64,000 nt of DNA from the NCBI GenBank assembly GCA_964236955.1, contig CAXSGP010000010.1, forward strand, positions 1 through 64,000, read 5' to 3'. The notes under the pieces were generated by a model that saw nothing but the letters and a program-made list of their open reading frames with translations, was not told the DNA's origin and searched no databases. Positions 1 through 10,561 of the stretch are shown piece by piece. The translations under genes and the position numbers were made by a program. The stretch comes from an uncultured Oligoflexus sp. Its GTDB lineage: Bacteria; Bdellovibrionota_B; Oligoflexia; Oligoflexales; Oligoflexaceae. Each line of letters starts with the position of its first letter. Within the stretch, counting starts at the first letter, position 1.

Positions 1-336
1 TAATTCATCTGAGCCTTGCCACGATGCCAGAGCTTTTTTTGGCAAATTTTTCGGACCTAGTGTATCATCATCAAAAAGTCCGGAATTAACTTTCCAATAA
101 ATGATTAAAAATACCAATACCTTAGAAGCAAACTTTCCACATTCAATATCTGGCCCATCGATTATTTTCTATGAATCTCATTAAAATTCAGTTCAAATCC
201 TTACTCCGCAGTGATTACGCGCGCTTTCTACCAATCTAGGAAATCAGCACCCATAGCTCTCACGGATCAATCGGAGTAAGACTAGAACACAGTCCTCAGG
301 GAGGAATTCTTACTCAATAACTTAGGGTAAACCACC

Positions 337-921
337 ATGAAAAAACTTCTTGCTGCAACCCTTCTCTTCGCAGGCTCCAACATTCATGGGGCCGAACGAC
401 CTGCGGAAATCAGCGATCTTAAAGTTTCGTTCTGGCACGCGACTTCATCTGACTACACAATCGCAATCAGTGGCACTGCGACGGGTCTTTCAAGTTGCCA
501 ACTGCCTTTTTACACTTTGACCTTAGAAACCACTTCAACCGATGACAATTTCAATATCGTGTCGGCTCACTTCGTTTCTAAAGCGGGAATTTCCAATTCG
601 ATATGTGTCGACGAACAGGCGGTTTCCATTCCTTTCTCCCAAAACATCGAAGTTTCCCCAGAAGCTCTCGGCGCGACTTTCATCGCTTCATCGGCAGGCA
701 TTCTCGTCGATAGGTCGCTGGCGGCCATGTTGGAATACGCCAGTTGCGCTGTCCCGGAAAGTTCAACGTTCGGCGGTGGACTGCTCGGTCCCGGTCCGGT
801 TTTGTTTGAAACGTGTACGTATAAAGTTGACGGCCAAAAGCCAAACCCATTTGTGAGTCCCATCGGTTTGCCTATGGGTCCGGGTCCGGTGATTCCCGGA
901 GGCAAAGACAGCCCATTCTAA
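337..921 (+). CDS. Secreted hypothetical protein
   Basis: 194-aa ORF with an N-terminal signal peptide (MKKLLAATLLFAG...), 4 Cys and a Pro/Gly-rich tail containing GPGPV twice. Confidence 0.75.
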   Translation: MKKLLAATLLFAGSNIHGAERPAEISDLKVSFWHATSSDYTIAISGTATGLSSCQLPFYTLTLETTSTDDNFNIVSAHFVSKAGISNSICVDEQAVSIPFSQNIEVSPEALGATFIASSAGILVDRSLAAMLEYASCAVPESSTFGGGLLGPGPVLFETCTYKVDGQKPNPFVSPIGLPMGPGPVIPGGKDSPF

Positions 922-980
922 AGGCTGGAATGCATCAGAGTCTCAGACCCTAACGCCTAGCGAAAAGCGTTTTAAATATC

Positions 981-1008
981 CGGTCCTTTCTCTCAGCAGG
1001 AAGGACCG
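981..1008 (+). terminator. Stem-loop downstream of the first CDS
   Basis: CGGTCCTTTCT-ctcagc-AGGAAGGACCG forms an 11-bp stem with one G-U pair; only a short, displaced T run follows. Confidence 0.4.
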
Positions 1009-1211
1009 CCGCCTTTCATCCCAAGGCTCATCAAAATTCCCAGGGCCTTGTCCTCTCAAAAAATCAGCCCCTTAGACCAATCCTGATTGCATTCATACCC
1101 AGCCCCCTCCAATCAACGCAAGCCGGGGCATAAGGCAGGGAGCTTCGTCGTAATAAAGCGCCCTATAAAAAGCCGATTGATAATCCTTCCGAACCTAGGC
1201 TTTAAAGATGA

Positions 1212-2090
1212 CTAGACCGCTCGTGCGTCTTCTCTTTTTTTAATCATCCCTTTAACGTAGGGAGGCGGAAGATTCACATCAGTTGCCAATCGGACAAAAC
1301 GAAGCAGCTTGATCAGCATCCAGGTGGTGTCAAGTTCCCACCAGCGATGACCGGCTGGAGCCACGTTTGCATAAGCGTGATGGTTGTTATGCCAACCTTC
1401 GCCAAAGGTGATCAGGCCAACCCACCAGCAATTCGTCGCGCGATGCTCACCCTCGTAATTGCGATAGCCCCAAATATGGGCGGCACTATTAACGAACCAG
1501 GTCGCATGGTAAACGGCGACCAATCGCAGCCAAATGCCCCAAAGCATCATCTGCCAGCCGCCAAAGATCCAAAGTCCAGCCATCAGCGTCAGCTGACTCG
1601 CCGTGACGAAAAAGTCCGAAGACATAAAGACAAGAACAGGATCGGCGACGATATCGCGGGAAAATTTCTTTCGTGTCTCGGTTTTTTCGAGCGATTCATC
1701 GCTATAAAAAGTCCAAAGGATATGACTGAACCAAAAGCCCCGGCTTGAATCATGGGGATCTTTTTCATGGTCGGAATAAGCATGATGCATGCGATGATGA
1801 GCAACCCACTTCAATAAAGAGCCTTGCAGGGCAAGGGTTCCCGACAATGCGGCAATGTATTCAATGAATTTTGGAACTTTAAAGGAGCGGTGGGTAAACA
1901 GGCGATGAAAGCCAAAGGTAATGCCAACCCCTGTGATAACATACAAAATTACAAAAGATAGGAACGCCTGCCAGGTAAAATGAAAGAGGGCAACAAGTCC
2001 CAAGACATGCGCAAGGGTCAGGTATCCGACGACACGCCAATCGACCTTTTCATTGCCGAGAGGAAGATGCCGTCTTCGGCTGCTTTCCAT
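1212..2090 (-). CDS. Delta-9-type acyl-CoA/acyl-lipid fatty acid desaturase
   Basis: His boxes HRLFTH, HRMHH and HNNHH, plus GEGWHNNHH and WWELD motifs; start moved to ATG 2090 behind a GGAG RBS. Confidence 0.95.
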   Translation of the reverse strand: MESSRRRHLPLGNEKVDWRVVGYLTLAHVLGLVALFHFTWQAFLSFVILYVITGVGITFGFHRLFTHRSFKVPKFIEYIAALSGTLALQGSLLKWVAHHRMHHAYSDHEKDPHDSSRGFWFSHILWTFYSDESLEKTETRKKFSRDIVADPVLVFMSSDFFVTASQLTLMAGLWIFGGWQMMLWGIWLRLVAVYHATWFVNSAAHIWGYRNYEGEHRATNCWWVGLITFGEGWHNNHHAYANVAPAGHRWWELDTTWMLIKLLRFVRLATDVNLPPPYVKGMIKKREDARAV

Positions 2091-2787
2091 AAGGTTTCTC
2101 CACTGACTTGATGTCGGTAAAAAAGTTTTTTCGACCTCTATTTTAACTCGTTCCCATGAGAAGAAATGTAATAGTCCTGTAAACCTTTCGTCCCGCCGTT
2201 CATAAAATTTTAAATATAAAAACCATAAAAAGCTAGGCTGACGCATCAAAGCCAGGAGTGGACATCATCCTACGTATCGCTGATTTTGTTAAGAATTAAG
2301 AGGCATAAGCGCTTGATCCAGCCATTTTTTGCACTTTATCCCGGAGACGCCAGATTTATAATGATGTTCCGGCACAGGTCCTCGTCCTATCTTTCCTTCC
2401 ATTCGGCCGAATGGAGACTTCGAGCCAGTGATCAACTCTGACAACCCGCCTGTCTCATAAGCAGCCGCCCATGGAACACAATGTTGATAACAACTGTCAT
2501 GCTCACGCGTCGATCTAAAGTCATTTTATCTCAAGCAAAAAATTACGGCCCGTTGCCCAGCAATCATCTCATTCCATCTTCTAAACTTATGATTATCACG
2601 GTACAGATAAAATAACTTTTGTTAACAGTTTTTTTGCTCCCGCTGCACAGTTGAGGCAATCAAAGAGTGATTAGAGAAAACAATCGCCATTTATTTATGT
2701 CGAAGATTCATTAAGGATATCTATGCCTGAATCGATTACCTATAATAGAGCCACTGTCTTCGTTGATTACGAAAATTAGGAATATGG

Positions 2788-3597
2788 ATGAAAAAAGCTT
2801 GTTTTAAAGCATTCCATGCTTGTCTCATTGCGTCCATTTTCGCCCCAGGATGCGGGACGTCAGTTCAGAATGTGAGTGAAGGCAAAATCTATGGTGGAAC
2901 CAGGGTCGATATCGGCAAGTGGAAATCGACTGTCGCGCTGACTTACAACTCGGGCGGTATTTTTTGTAGTGGGGTCGCTTTTAATGAAAGTTTCATTATT
3001 ACCGCAGCGCACTGCGTTAAAGACCGGAAAGCCGAAGATTTTAAAGTTTACGGAGGATCCGGAAATTTTCAAAATACAGTAGTGGGGAAAAGTGAAGTCT
3101 CGATCGTTGAAGTTCACCCCAAGTACAAAGATTTTGATAACGACATTGCTTATATTTTCCTTAAAAATCCTTTAAGTTATTTCACCACTTCTTTTTACGA
3201 GCCCTTCCTCAGCGACGTTGCGGAAATAAAAGCGGCAACCAAAGTTGGCGCCAGGGTCCATCTCGTCGGTTACGGCTTGCGGGATAGCAATCGACTTGGG
3301 GAAAAATGGGAGGTGGATACCAAAATTATCGACAAAGCTCCAGGCGCACCCTTCAACAGTGCAAATGAAATAGCTTTGGGTGGGCAGGGCAAAGACTCAT
3401 GCGAGGGTGATAGTGGGGGACCCGCCTATAGCCCAAGTAAAGCCGGCAAATGGGCTGTCCTCGGTTTGACTTCGCGTGGGGTAGGCTGCGGTGACGGTGG
3501 TGTCTACACTTTGCTTCCAGCCCATCTCTGTTGGCTGGAAGAATCTTCCGGTATGGATCTGCATCTGCCTGTGGATTACTGCACGAAGTTTCCCTAA
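2788..3597 (+). CDS. Trypsin-like (S1) serine protease, probable lipoprotein
   Basis: TAAHC, DIA and GDSGGP triad motifs; KIYGG activation motif; signal peptide ending in APGC. Confidence 0.92.
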   Translation: MKKACFKAFHACLIASIFAPGCGTSVQNVSEGKIYGGTRVDIGKWKSTVALTYNSGGIFCSGVAFNESFIITAAHCVKDRKAEDFKVYGGSGNFQNTVVGKSEVSIVEVHPKYKDFDNDIAYIFLKNPLSYFTTSFYEPFLSDVAEIKAATKVGARVHLVGYGLRDSNRLGEKWEVDTKIIDKAPGAPFNSANEIALGGQGKDSCEGDSGGPAYSPSKAGKWAVLGLTSRGVGCGDGGVYTLLPAHLCWLEESSGMDLHLPVDYCTKFP

Positions 3598-3683
3598 GCT
3601 CCTTTCATCCAAAGCAGTAAAAAGCCTGCCGCCAGGTTTGGAAGCAGGCCGTAATAAATAGTTCCCAGCGCATTAAGGGCCGA

Positions 3684-4481
3684 TCATCGGGTGATGGCAT
3701 AATCCAGAAATGCTTGTGACACTTTAGAGTGAAGATCAACATAATAATTATAGGAGTCGTCTCCATAAGAGCTAGGAGGCCGTCCACCTGAAACAACCCC
3801 AACAATTTCTTCATTTACGAAAAGGGGCCCCCCGGAATCACCTTGGCCCGAAGAAGCGTAAGAGCCATCGCCCGATTCATTATAAGAAAAGCTTAGAAAA
3901 CCAATAAAACCACCGTCCACGGTATCGATCGTATTGAACCCTTTACGAAAGACACCGGCACTTGAGATATCCGAGCTATCGTCATCCTGGTTCAGTCCGT
4001 AGCCATACAATTCAATTTCGTCTCCGACCTGCGCCTGACGTTTGGAAATCTTGGCCTTGGTTTTCCAGGTACCTTTGGGAAAGGTTATTATAGCTAAATC
4101 AGCGCTATTTACTCCGGAACCGTACGCATCCCAAAGCGGGTTTCTGACAATCTTGGTTGAGGTTGCAACAACCTTGGCCTGATGGGAAGCCAGGTCGTCG
4201 ATGAAGACGATACTGAGCTTGCCACCAACCTCACCCGTATTGGGGTCAACATCATTGGCTTCGGTACAATGCGCAGCTGTGAGAACCTGAGTTTCGCTGA
4301 TAAAGGTGCCGGTGCAGATTGCATCCAGATTTTCATCATAAAGAGTAATAATTGCCGGTTGTTCAAAGTAAAAAGCCATAGTTCCATTCACGATTTTTGA
4401 CCTGCTGACATCGGCTTGTTTTGCACAGGATCCCATGACTAAACCCATAGTCAACAGCTTACCTGTTAAAGTTAAACTCAT
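3684..4481 (-). CDS. S1-family serine protease, probable lipoprotein
   Basis: TAAHC, DLA and GDSGGP motifs; KIVNG activation motif; MGSC lipobox-like sequence; start uncertain (4487, 4481 or 4448). Confidence 0.92.
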   Translation of the reverse strand: MSLTLTGKLLTMGLVMGSCAKQADVSRSKIVNGTMAFYFEQPAIITLYDENLDAICTGTFISETQVLTAAHCTEANDVDPNTGEVGGKLSIVFIDDLASHQAKVVATSTKIVRNPLWDAYGSGVNSADLAIITFPKGTWKTKAKISKRQAQVGDEIELYGYGLNQDDDSSDISSAGVFRKGFNTIDTVDGGFIGFLSFSYNESGDGSYASSGQGDSGGPLFVNEEIVGVVSGGRPPSSYGDDSYNYYVDLHSKVSQAFLDYAITR

Positions 4482-4847
4482 ATTCAATTTTTCCTAATTA
4501 CTTTTTCAATCCAGAAATAGATTGAGATCGCGACCGACTTTTTAGAGGGGTTAGTTAACATTGGTCGCAATGGTCTGGATTGTCAACGTGCGATTCGCTG
4601 GAACCTTTGCCAATCAAATGGAATGGATGACATCAATCCTCTATCACGTTATCGAGTAGTCCAATTTTTTGTGTCATACCAACCTTCAAAGGCGCGATTC
4701 AATTTTCCTTAGCCGCCATTTAAAAATGATCTCCCTTATAAATCAGCCCATGCCTGGCTTTAAAACCGAGATTTCATCATCGTCAATAGAATCCTTCAGA
4801 CCTGCCGCGATTTGGAAGCGATTGGAGTGCCTGGGATTTTTTCCCAC

Positions 4848-4875
4848 AAAAAACCCAGGGTGATTAGACCTGGGT
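4848..4875 (-). terminator. Intrinsic terminator of the SGNH hydrolase gene
   Basis: Minus strand reads ACCCAGG-tctaatcac-CCTGGGT followed by a T run, about 50 nt after the stop. Confidence 0.55.
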
Positions 4876-4922
4876 GGTTTAAGAAAATTTTTGGGGACGC
4901 TCAATAACAGTTTGTCCAGAAC

Positions 4923-5876
4923 TCAAAACGCCCGTTGAACGGCCTGCTTAAGATAGCCACCAATCACTTCCTGGCCTTTGGCACTGGGGTGAAAGCAGTC
5001 CACCGCGATTTCGTCGGCCTGAATTTGCCAGTCCATCATTTCGCGCGCGAAGATGATTTTATGGGTCGGCAGACTCAATTCCACCGTTGTGTCTTCCACA
5101 ATTTTATTAAAGGCCTGCTCCCGTGCTGCCGCATCAGCTTCGTAAACACGCTTGCAGTAGCGATCGCGAAAAATTCGGCAGGTCAACGCCCCGCGCGGCG
5201 CTCCATCCCGCTCCGGGCTGAATTGATAGTCCACGGTTGCCAGTTGATGGACGGGGGGCAAGGGAGCGACGACCACAGTTGCCTGCGGGTGTGTGGATCT
5301 TACCAGATTCAATGCATCGCGATAGTGAATCGAAAATTCCTCGGTCGTCTGACTCGAGCAAAAGTCATTGCCGCCCATCATAACGAAGATGAAGTCGGCA
5401 GGCTTATGCCCGGCTTCCACTTGAGCAAGTCTCTCAAGCATGCTTGGAATCGCCGTGGCCTTGGCGCCAAATTTAGCCAGACTGACAACCCCTAAGGGCG
5501 GTATTTGAAAGCGCTCCTGGAGACTTTTTCTTAGGCCAAAGGTTAGGGTGGTGGTTGCCGCCGCGAGTTTTGGGTTGGAAAGGGCATTGTGGATCTCTGC
5601 AGGATCATTCCAATCACTCAGGGCCAGCCGGAGGACCTGCACCCAAAGGCTGGGACTGACACTCTTTCCAAGCTGGGTATTGGCCAGCACACCCGTTGAG
5701 ATGCTATCCCCTAACACGGCAAGGAAGGGACCATTATCAATGGACCCGTTTTCATAGAGCGGATCGGCAGCGAGATTGCTGGATCCCGTATCGATAGAAA
5801 GAGCCTTTCCACAGGCTGCTCCACCCATTGCGAACACCAGGCAAACCGTAAGATACAAATGGATACGCGTGGTCAT
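4923..5876 (-). CDS. SGNH/GDSL lipase-esterase, probable lipoprotein
   Basis: Block I GDSIS, block III GGND, block V DCFHP; signal peptide ending in GAAC. Confidence 0.9.
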   Translation of the reverse strand: MTTRIHLYLTVCLVFAMGGAACGKALSIDTGSSNLAADPLYENGSIDNGPFLAVLGDSISTGVLANTQLGKSVSPSLWVQVLRLALSDWNDPAEIHNALSNPKLAAATTTLTFGLRKSLQERFQIPPLGVVSLAKFGAKATAIPSMLERLAQVEAGHKPADFIFVMMGGNDFCSSQTTEEFSIHYRDALNLVRSTHPQATVVVAPLPPVHQLATVDYQFSPERDGAPRGALTCRIFRDRYCKRVYEADAAAREQAFNKIVEDTTVELSLPTHKIIFAREMMDWQIQADEIAVDCFHPSAKGQEVIGGYLKQAVQRAF

Positions 5877-6189
5877 AGCTAGACTCCAATACTATTGGGA
5901 ACACAAAGCACATCGAGGATCCAACTCTCTAACGGGTCTGCTTCGGCCCATCCAGAACGTCGGTCCAGGGATTCATTGCTTGTCATGATAGCGGTGGGTC
6001 AGGGCGGTCCGAAGCCATATTTCACTCAGTGAAAAGCCTAGGAGGCTGGAAGCTACTGTAGGGCAAGGCCTTGCAGCCGAATGGAACAAAGTCATCAAGA
6101 AAAACCCGGAATTATCCGTGGCCAGGTCGATACCCTCTGCGAAACGTCTTAAAGCCAGACCTCACGCTTATACCATCTCCCAGCCCTCA

Positions 6190-6216
6190 CTATCGGCAAT
6201 TCACCTTTTAGAATTA
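6190..6216 (-). promoter_or_regulatory. Candidate sigma-28 (FliA) promoter pointing towards the SGNH hydrolase
   Basis: TAAT-N15-GCCGATAG versus consensus TAAA-N15-GCCGATAA; about 310 nt upstream of the start. Confidence 0.4.
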
Positions 6217-6263
6217 ATAATCATCTCTATGATGCCGCAATCATTGAGCATTACAAGATAAAT

Positions 6264-6290
6264 TTTAGCTTTTTAAACTTATGCCGATAA
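6264..6290 (+). promoter_or_regulatory. Candidate sigma-28 promoter of the outer-membrane protein gene
   Basis: TTTAGCTT-N11-GCCGATAA with a perfect -10 box, 30 nt upstream of ATG 6320. Confidence 0.5.
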
Positions 6291-6319
6291 GCAGTTACAC
6301 CCGTATAGTGGAAGGCTTT

Positions 6320-7126
6320 ATGCGCATTCTAGAAATACTTCACCTTTTAAAAAGGTTGGCAAGAAAAGAGCCCCTCCTGGTCCTTGCCATATTAGGAATG
6401 AATGCCGAAGCGCTTGCCAAAAACTCCGAAAGGCGCTCAAAAAAATCTTCGAATAGCTCCGAATCGGATCGACGGAGGGCGGCTGCCGATGAGTCCGATA
6501 TTGACGATTACGACCATGTTGATCCCGCGGATCGACGGCCGGTTGCTTTGTCTTTTCTCGCTATTGGCGCTGGAATGAGTTTAAGTAACACGATTGAAGT
6601 AAATAAAGAGCTGTCTTTTGCCGGCGGATTGGGCTCGACATCTACCAAGACCCATTATGATCTGGCAAACGCCCCTGGTTTTACCCTCGAACTTTGTAAC
6701 ATCACCAGCGGACGTCTCGGCGTTTGCATTGGTGGTTACTACGATCAAGCTAAAAAGATCAAGTCCTTCAGGCTTGAAGACAGTACGAAGAGCTACACGC
6801 TCGGGAACGCTCTTGACTCTGAGTTTTCTCAGTACGGGGGGACTGTCAATGCCTCCTTTTCCCTGGAAATTCCCTATGCTTTTGTAGGAATTAATTTTGG
6901 CAGTGGCGAAGTCAAATTCAAGGACGAAGCGATCGAACCTATAAAATACGGCGGCGCCCTGGGCGGACAATTTGGGATTGGATTGAGACTCGGCGAATAC
7001 CTGGCGCTAGAGGCTAGCTACAAAAGAGTGAATTTTACCAAGGCAGAGGATGAAGCACTCGCCGATATAACGACCAATATTACGATGAATACGACCATGG
7101 CGACCCTTAAGTTTATGCTGCATTGA
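6320..7126 (+). CDS. Probable outer-membrane beta-barrel protein with a charged, low-complexity N-terminal segment
   Basis: Amphipathic Gly/aromatic beta strands (GGQFGIGLRLGEYLALEASY); signal-like AEALA site; GGAAGG RBS before ATG 6320. Confidence 0.7.
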   Translation: MRILEILHLLKRLARKEPLLVLAILGMNAEALAKNSERRSKKSSNSSESDRRRAAADESDIDDYDHVDPADRRPVALSFLAIGAGMSLSNTIEVNKELSFAGGLGSTSTKTHYDLANAPGFTLELCNITSGRLGVCIGGYYDQAKKIKSFRLEDSTKSYTLGNALDSEFSQYGGTVNASFSLEIPYAFVGINFGSGEVKFKDEAIEPIKYGGALGGQFGIGLRLGEYLALEASYKRVNFTKAEDEALADITTNITMNTTMATLKFMLH

Positions 7127-7342
7127 CAAGATATGGTTTTTCCGACTTTGGTGTGGTGAAGCCGACTCGCGACCTTATCGGTTTTATTCCAACTGCTTGT
7201 GGAACACTGAGATAGGCCAGCTGCGAAGAATCGTTGTCAGAGCTTTAGTTCCCACAGATAGAAGTGGCTTGGTCAAGTCTTCAGATGCCCTGGAGCGAGA
7301 AGGCTTTTTTGTAGACTAATCTTAGCTTAGGTGTGAAACAGT

Positions 7343-7557
7343 ATGAAGAAAATTGCAGCGCTCGGAATATTGACTTCTTTGTTTTCATTTATGGCAGTGA
7401 CGCTGCAGTTTTTTTGCATGGGCAGATGACCCAACTAAAAACCTATTCGGAAGGCGAGACAGTTACTTTCAACCTTTCCTCCCCATTTGTCCTTTCGGTC
7501 ATCAGCTCAAAGAGCGGAACGCAGAGTGTCGTCGTGTGGAGTACCCAACTTCGCTAA
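7343..7557 (+). pseudogene. Possible frameshifted small secreted protein
   Basis: ATG 7343 gives a signal-peptide-like MKKIAALGILTSLFSFMAV that stops at 7429; one extra T in the T7 run at 7409-7415 would join it to the frame ending at 7557. Confidence 0.3.
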
Positions 7558-7753
7558 AACAATTCTTCCAGTTTTAGACGGCTTATCCTGCCCTCCGGGT
7601 CTTCATCAAATAGTGGCTGCTTCACTTTTACAGTCAGGCAGTCCTCCTTGTTATGTGGCACACTATCCCAGTTGAGAGACCGCAGGCCACAAAAAAAGCA
7701 CCCGCCGTGCAGCGAAGCGCTCTCAGGTCTCCACCTTCTTAAAAGCCCAAGAA

Positions 7754-9238
7754 TTACTTATAAACCGGTCCCCGTTTCAAACCTTGCCTGACTTTTTCGA
7801 TGATCAAATCAATTTCCAGGGATGTGATCTTAAAATGGGGAGTAAAGCGCAGGGCGTTTGCCCCCCCATGAATCACACCGATTCCGTTGTAGCGGAGCCA
7901 GGTCTCAATGCCCTCGATGCCAAGGACTTTAAAACCTTCCGGCTTCAGGTGCAGAGCACAGAGTAAACCGGTGCCCGTCGCATCACATATGGCATGAGGA
8001 AACTCCTGTTGCAAAGCCTTGAACTTGGCCAGAATCTCAACACCGCGATCGCGAATATTCTTGCGAAGATCCGGCGTGATCAGGTCGAGAACCTTACAGG
8101 CAACGTCGAGGGCTCTGGGGTTGGTCGTCATCGTGTTGCCATATAATCCAGTCTCATAAAGAGCCGCGGCCTGATCATCGAGGGCGAGGATAGACAAGGG
8201 GTACTGACCGGCGTTTACAGCTTTGGAATAGGTTTCCATATCCGGAACCTCGGCCGTTTCAAATCCAGGATAATCACAGATACTCAAGACGCCTTGAGTC
8301 CTTATGCCGGCCTGAATGGAGTCCATCATAAGCAGGGCCCCGTGTGCACGAGTGAGGCGCCGCGCCTCATCATAGAATTCACGGGTCACCCGGGCACCGG
8401 GATTGCCTTCGCCCATTACAGGTTCCATCAGCATCATCTCAAAATAGACGCCATTCTTATCGGCATCGACAAAGGCCTGACGAAGCTCAGCAATATTATT
8501 GATCTCGACCGTCTGCAGAGTCACCTGCCGAAAGGAAGCGAGCTTAAGATAGTTTTTTGCCGACGAATCGGAAGCCATCGCCGGACGCTCCGTTCGTCCA
8601 TGAAAGCTGCCCTTGAGCGAAAGCATCATGATCTTGCGGGCGTGATAACGCGCACCTGGATCGGTAAGCTTCTTGGCGTTGAGATCGGCGATACGGGCGG
8701 CCACCGTCACCGCTTCCGAACCGCTGTTCAAACAAAGGAACTTCTGATAGAGACCATTTCGATTGGATCGGGTATGGCCGATTTCTTTTTTCAGTTTGTC
8801 AGTCAGTCTTTTTTGGCTGAAGTTAGCCGTCATAATATTGGCCATCACATGCTGACGAGCCATCACATCGATGATCGCCTGAGGCGCGTGGCCAAAGCCG
8901 AGCATGCCATAACCACCGGAATCATGCAGCACCGCACCATGCGCGGTGACGACCCAGGGACCTTGAGCGTGGATGGCCGTATAGGGATTTACCGAGGCGG
9001 CTTCGTAGAAGTTGACGAAATCAGATTGAAGAAATTTGATAAGTTCCAGCTCAGGAAGTTTGACCTTGTCGCCAAATTCCTGTTCCAGTTTCAAAAACTC
9101 GTTATAGCCTCCATCGATCGCGTTGACCAAATCGCGATCACGTTGGGCAAAACCCTCAATCGTACCATCATCCAATCCTTTCGTGACGGAAGGACCACTC
9201 CGGCGGCGTATTTCGTGAAGTTTCTTGATCAGCTCCAT
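7754..9238 (-). CDS. lat: Class III PLP aminotransferase, L-lysine 6-aminotransferase type
   Basis: FVNFY..V.PY, GPWVV..GAVL.D.GGYGMLGFGH, SFHGRT, EPVMGEG and the PLP-lysine motif TYSKA; resembles the Flavobacterium lutescens/Xanthomonas LAT type as I recall it; GGGAG RBS before ATG 9238. Confidence 0.8.
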   Translation of the reverse strand: MELIKKLHEIRRRSGPSVTKGLDDGTIEGFAQRDRDLVNAIDGGYNEFLKLEQEFGDKVKLPELELIKFLQSDFVNFYEAASVNPYTAIHAQGPWVVTAHGAVLHDSGGYGMLGFGHAPQAIIDVMARQHVMANIMTANFSQKRLTDKLKKEIGHTRSNRNGLYQKFLCLNSGSEAVTVAARIADLNAKKLTDPGARYHARKIMMLSLKGSFHGRTERPAMASDSSAKNYLKLASFRQVTLQTVEINNIAELRQAFVDADKNGVYFEMMLMEPVMGEGNPGARVTREFYDEARRLTRAHGALLMMDSIQAGIRTQGVLSICDYPGFETAEVPDMETYSKAVNAGQYPLSILALDDQAAALYETGLYGNTMTTNPRALDVACKVLDLITPDLRKNIRDRGVEILAKFKALQQEFPHAICDATGTGLLCALHLKPEGFKVLGIEGIETWLRYNGIGVIHGGANALRFTPHFKITSLEIDLIIEKVRQGLKRGPVYK

Positions 9239-9338
9239 GACTCTCTCCCATAATACAATCCAAGGTCCAGAATACAACTATCGACGCCGTCGTCATCTAC
9301 CCCAACACCCGGGCCAATCTTCCAGTGATACCGGGGTC

Positions 9339-10541
9339 TTAAGATGGAATAAAAGACAGGGCAACCTCCAGCGACCATCGTGTTTCGCGGAACCATTCCA
9401 GTTCATTAAGGAACAGTTGCCTCTTTTCATCCAGCCTTAGGAGTCCCAGGTGAAGAGCCTGCTGAAGGATCGATCGGGGCTGAAAAGTATATCCACTTTT
9501 TTGCTCAATAGCATGGATATTAATGCCTCTTGAGCTTCGGAGTCCTGAACTTACGGCTTCCAGTATCCACGCTTCATGATCCCTGTCAGCGTCAATCTGA
9601 TTTATCTTACGGCTGATTATACCTTGAAGCGAAGGGCTTGGCTCGGGAACAAACGTTCGCCAATTTCCACTCTGCTGCCAACGAAGACCGTAAGGCCCTA
9701 ATTCTTCCAGAAAACTATGCGCTCCTGCCCCAAGCCCCAAATAGGATCCACCATGCCAGTATAATCCATTATGACGAGCTTCGTGACCGGGGAGCATCCA
9801 GTTCGACACCTCCTCATGCTGATAACCGGCAGCTTTCATAAGGGTGCATGCGGCTTCATAAAACGCGTAGAGCCTCTCGTCATCGATTGCTTCCATTTTG
9901 CCACGGGCCACACGCCTGGCAAATGGGGTGCTGCCTTCAAAGGTTAAATTATAGAGACTGGCATGGGTTGCCCCACTCTGAATCAAAACGGCGATATCCT
10001 GTTCCCAGTCTTCCTGGGTCTGCCCAGGCCATCCGTAGATCAGGTCGACATTGCAGTTGGCAACATAAAGCCGAGCGAGGCGTATCGATTCAAGGGCCTG
10101 CTCGGGGCTATGCTCGCGGGTCAGCGCCTTGAGACCATCAGTCTGAAAGGATTGCACCCCAAGTGAGATGCGATTGACGCCCATTCCGGCCCAGATCTTC
10201 AGGCTACCCTCATTGATGTGCTCAGGATTGGCTTCGAGCGTGATCTCTGCCCCCACTTCGGTGTGGGCCAGGATCTTGTTCATAATCGGCGCCAGTTCAT
10301 GGGTGACAAGACTGGGCGTACCACCTCCCCAAAACACGGAATAGAATTTTGCCCCAACGCCCGGTATCCCCGGCCAAACCTGAAGATAGTTATCGAGCAG
10401 ACTTTCGAGGGCATCGAGATATTGCTTTTTTTGCTCTTCCGAATAGAGGGCTGACTTCACGAAATCGCAGTAGTGGCAAATTCGTGAACAGAAAGGCAGA
10501 TGAAGATAGAGGCCGATGCGATTCAAAACGTGCCTTTCCAA
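9339..10541 (-). CDS. hemW: Radical SAM heme chaperone HemW (HemN-like)
   Basis: YLHLPFCSRICHYCDF cluster motif, GGGTPS, EANP, RISLGVQS, DLIYG and HN..YW. Confidence 0.9.
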   Translation of the reverse strand: MERHVLNRIGLYLHLPFCSRICHYCDFVKSALYSEEQKKQYLDALESLLDNYLQVWPGIPGVGAKFYSVFWGGGTPSLVTHELAPIMNKILAHTEVGAEITLEANPEHINEGSLKIWAGMGVNRISLGVQSFQTDGLKALTREHSPEQALESIRLARLYVANCNVDLIYGWPGQTQEDWEQDIAVLIQSGATHASLYNLTFEGSTPFARRVARGKMEAIDDERLYAFYEAACTLMKAAGYQHEEVSNWMLPGHEARHNGLYWHGGSYLGLGAGAHSFLEELGPYGLRWQQSGNWRTFVPEPSPSLQGIISRKINQIDADRDHEAWILEAVSSGLRSSRGINIHAIEQKSGYTFQPRSILQQALHLGLLRLDEKRQLFLNELEWFRETRWSLEVALSFIPS

Positions 10542-10561
10542 ACTCTTGGGAAGTCTTTAAT

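Noticed and set aside
1060..1072. GGGGCTGATT on the minus strand, like a tmRNA 5' end
   Set aside because: It is not followed by a GGATTCGAC-like motif, and no T-loop/CCA 3' end was found.
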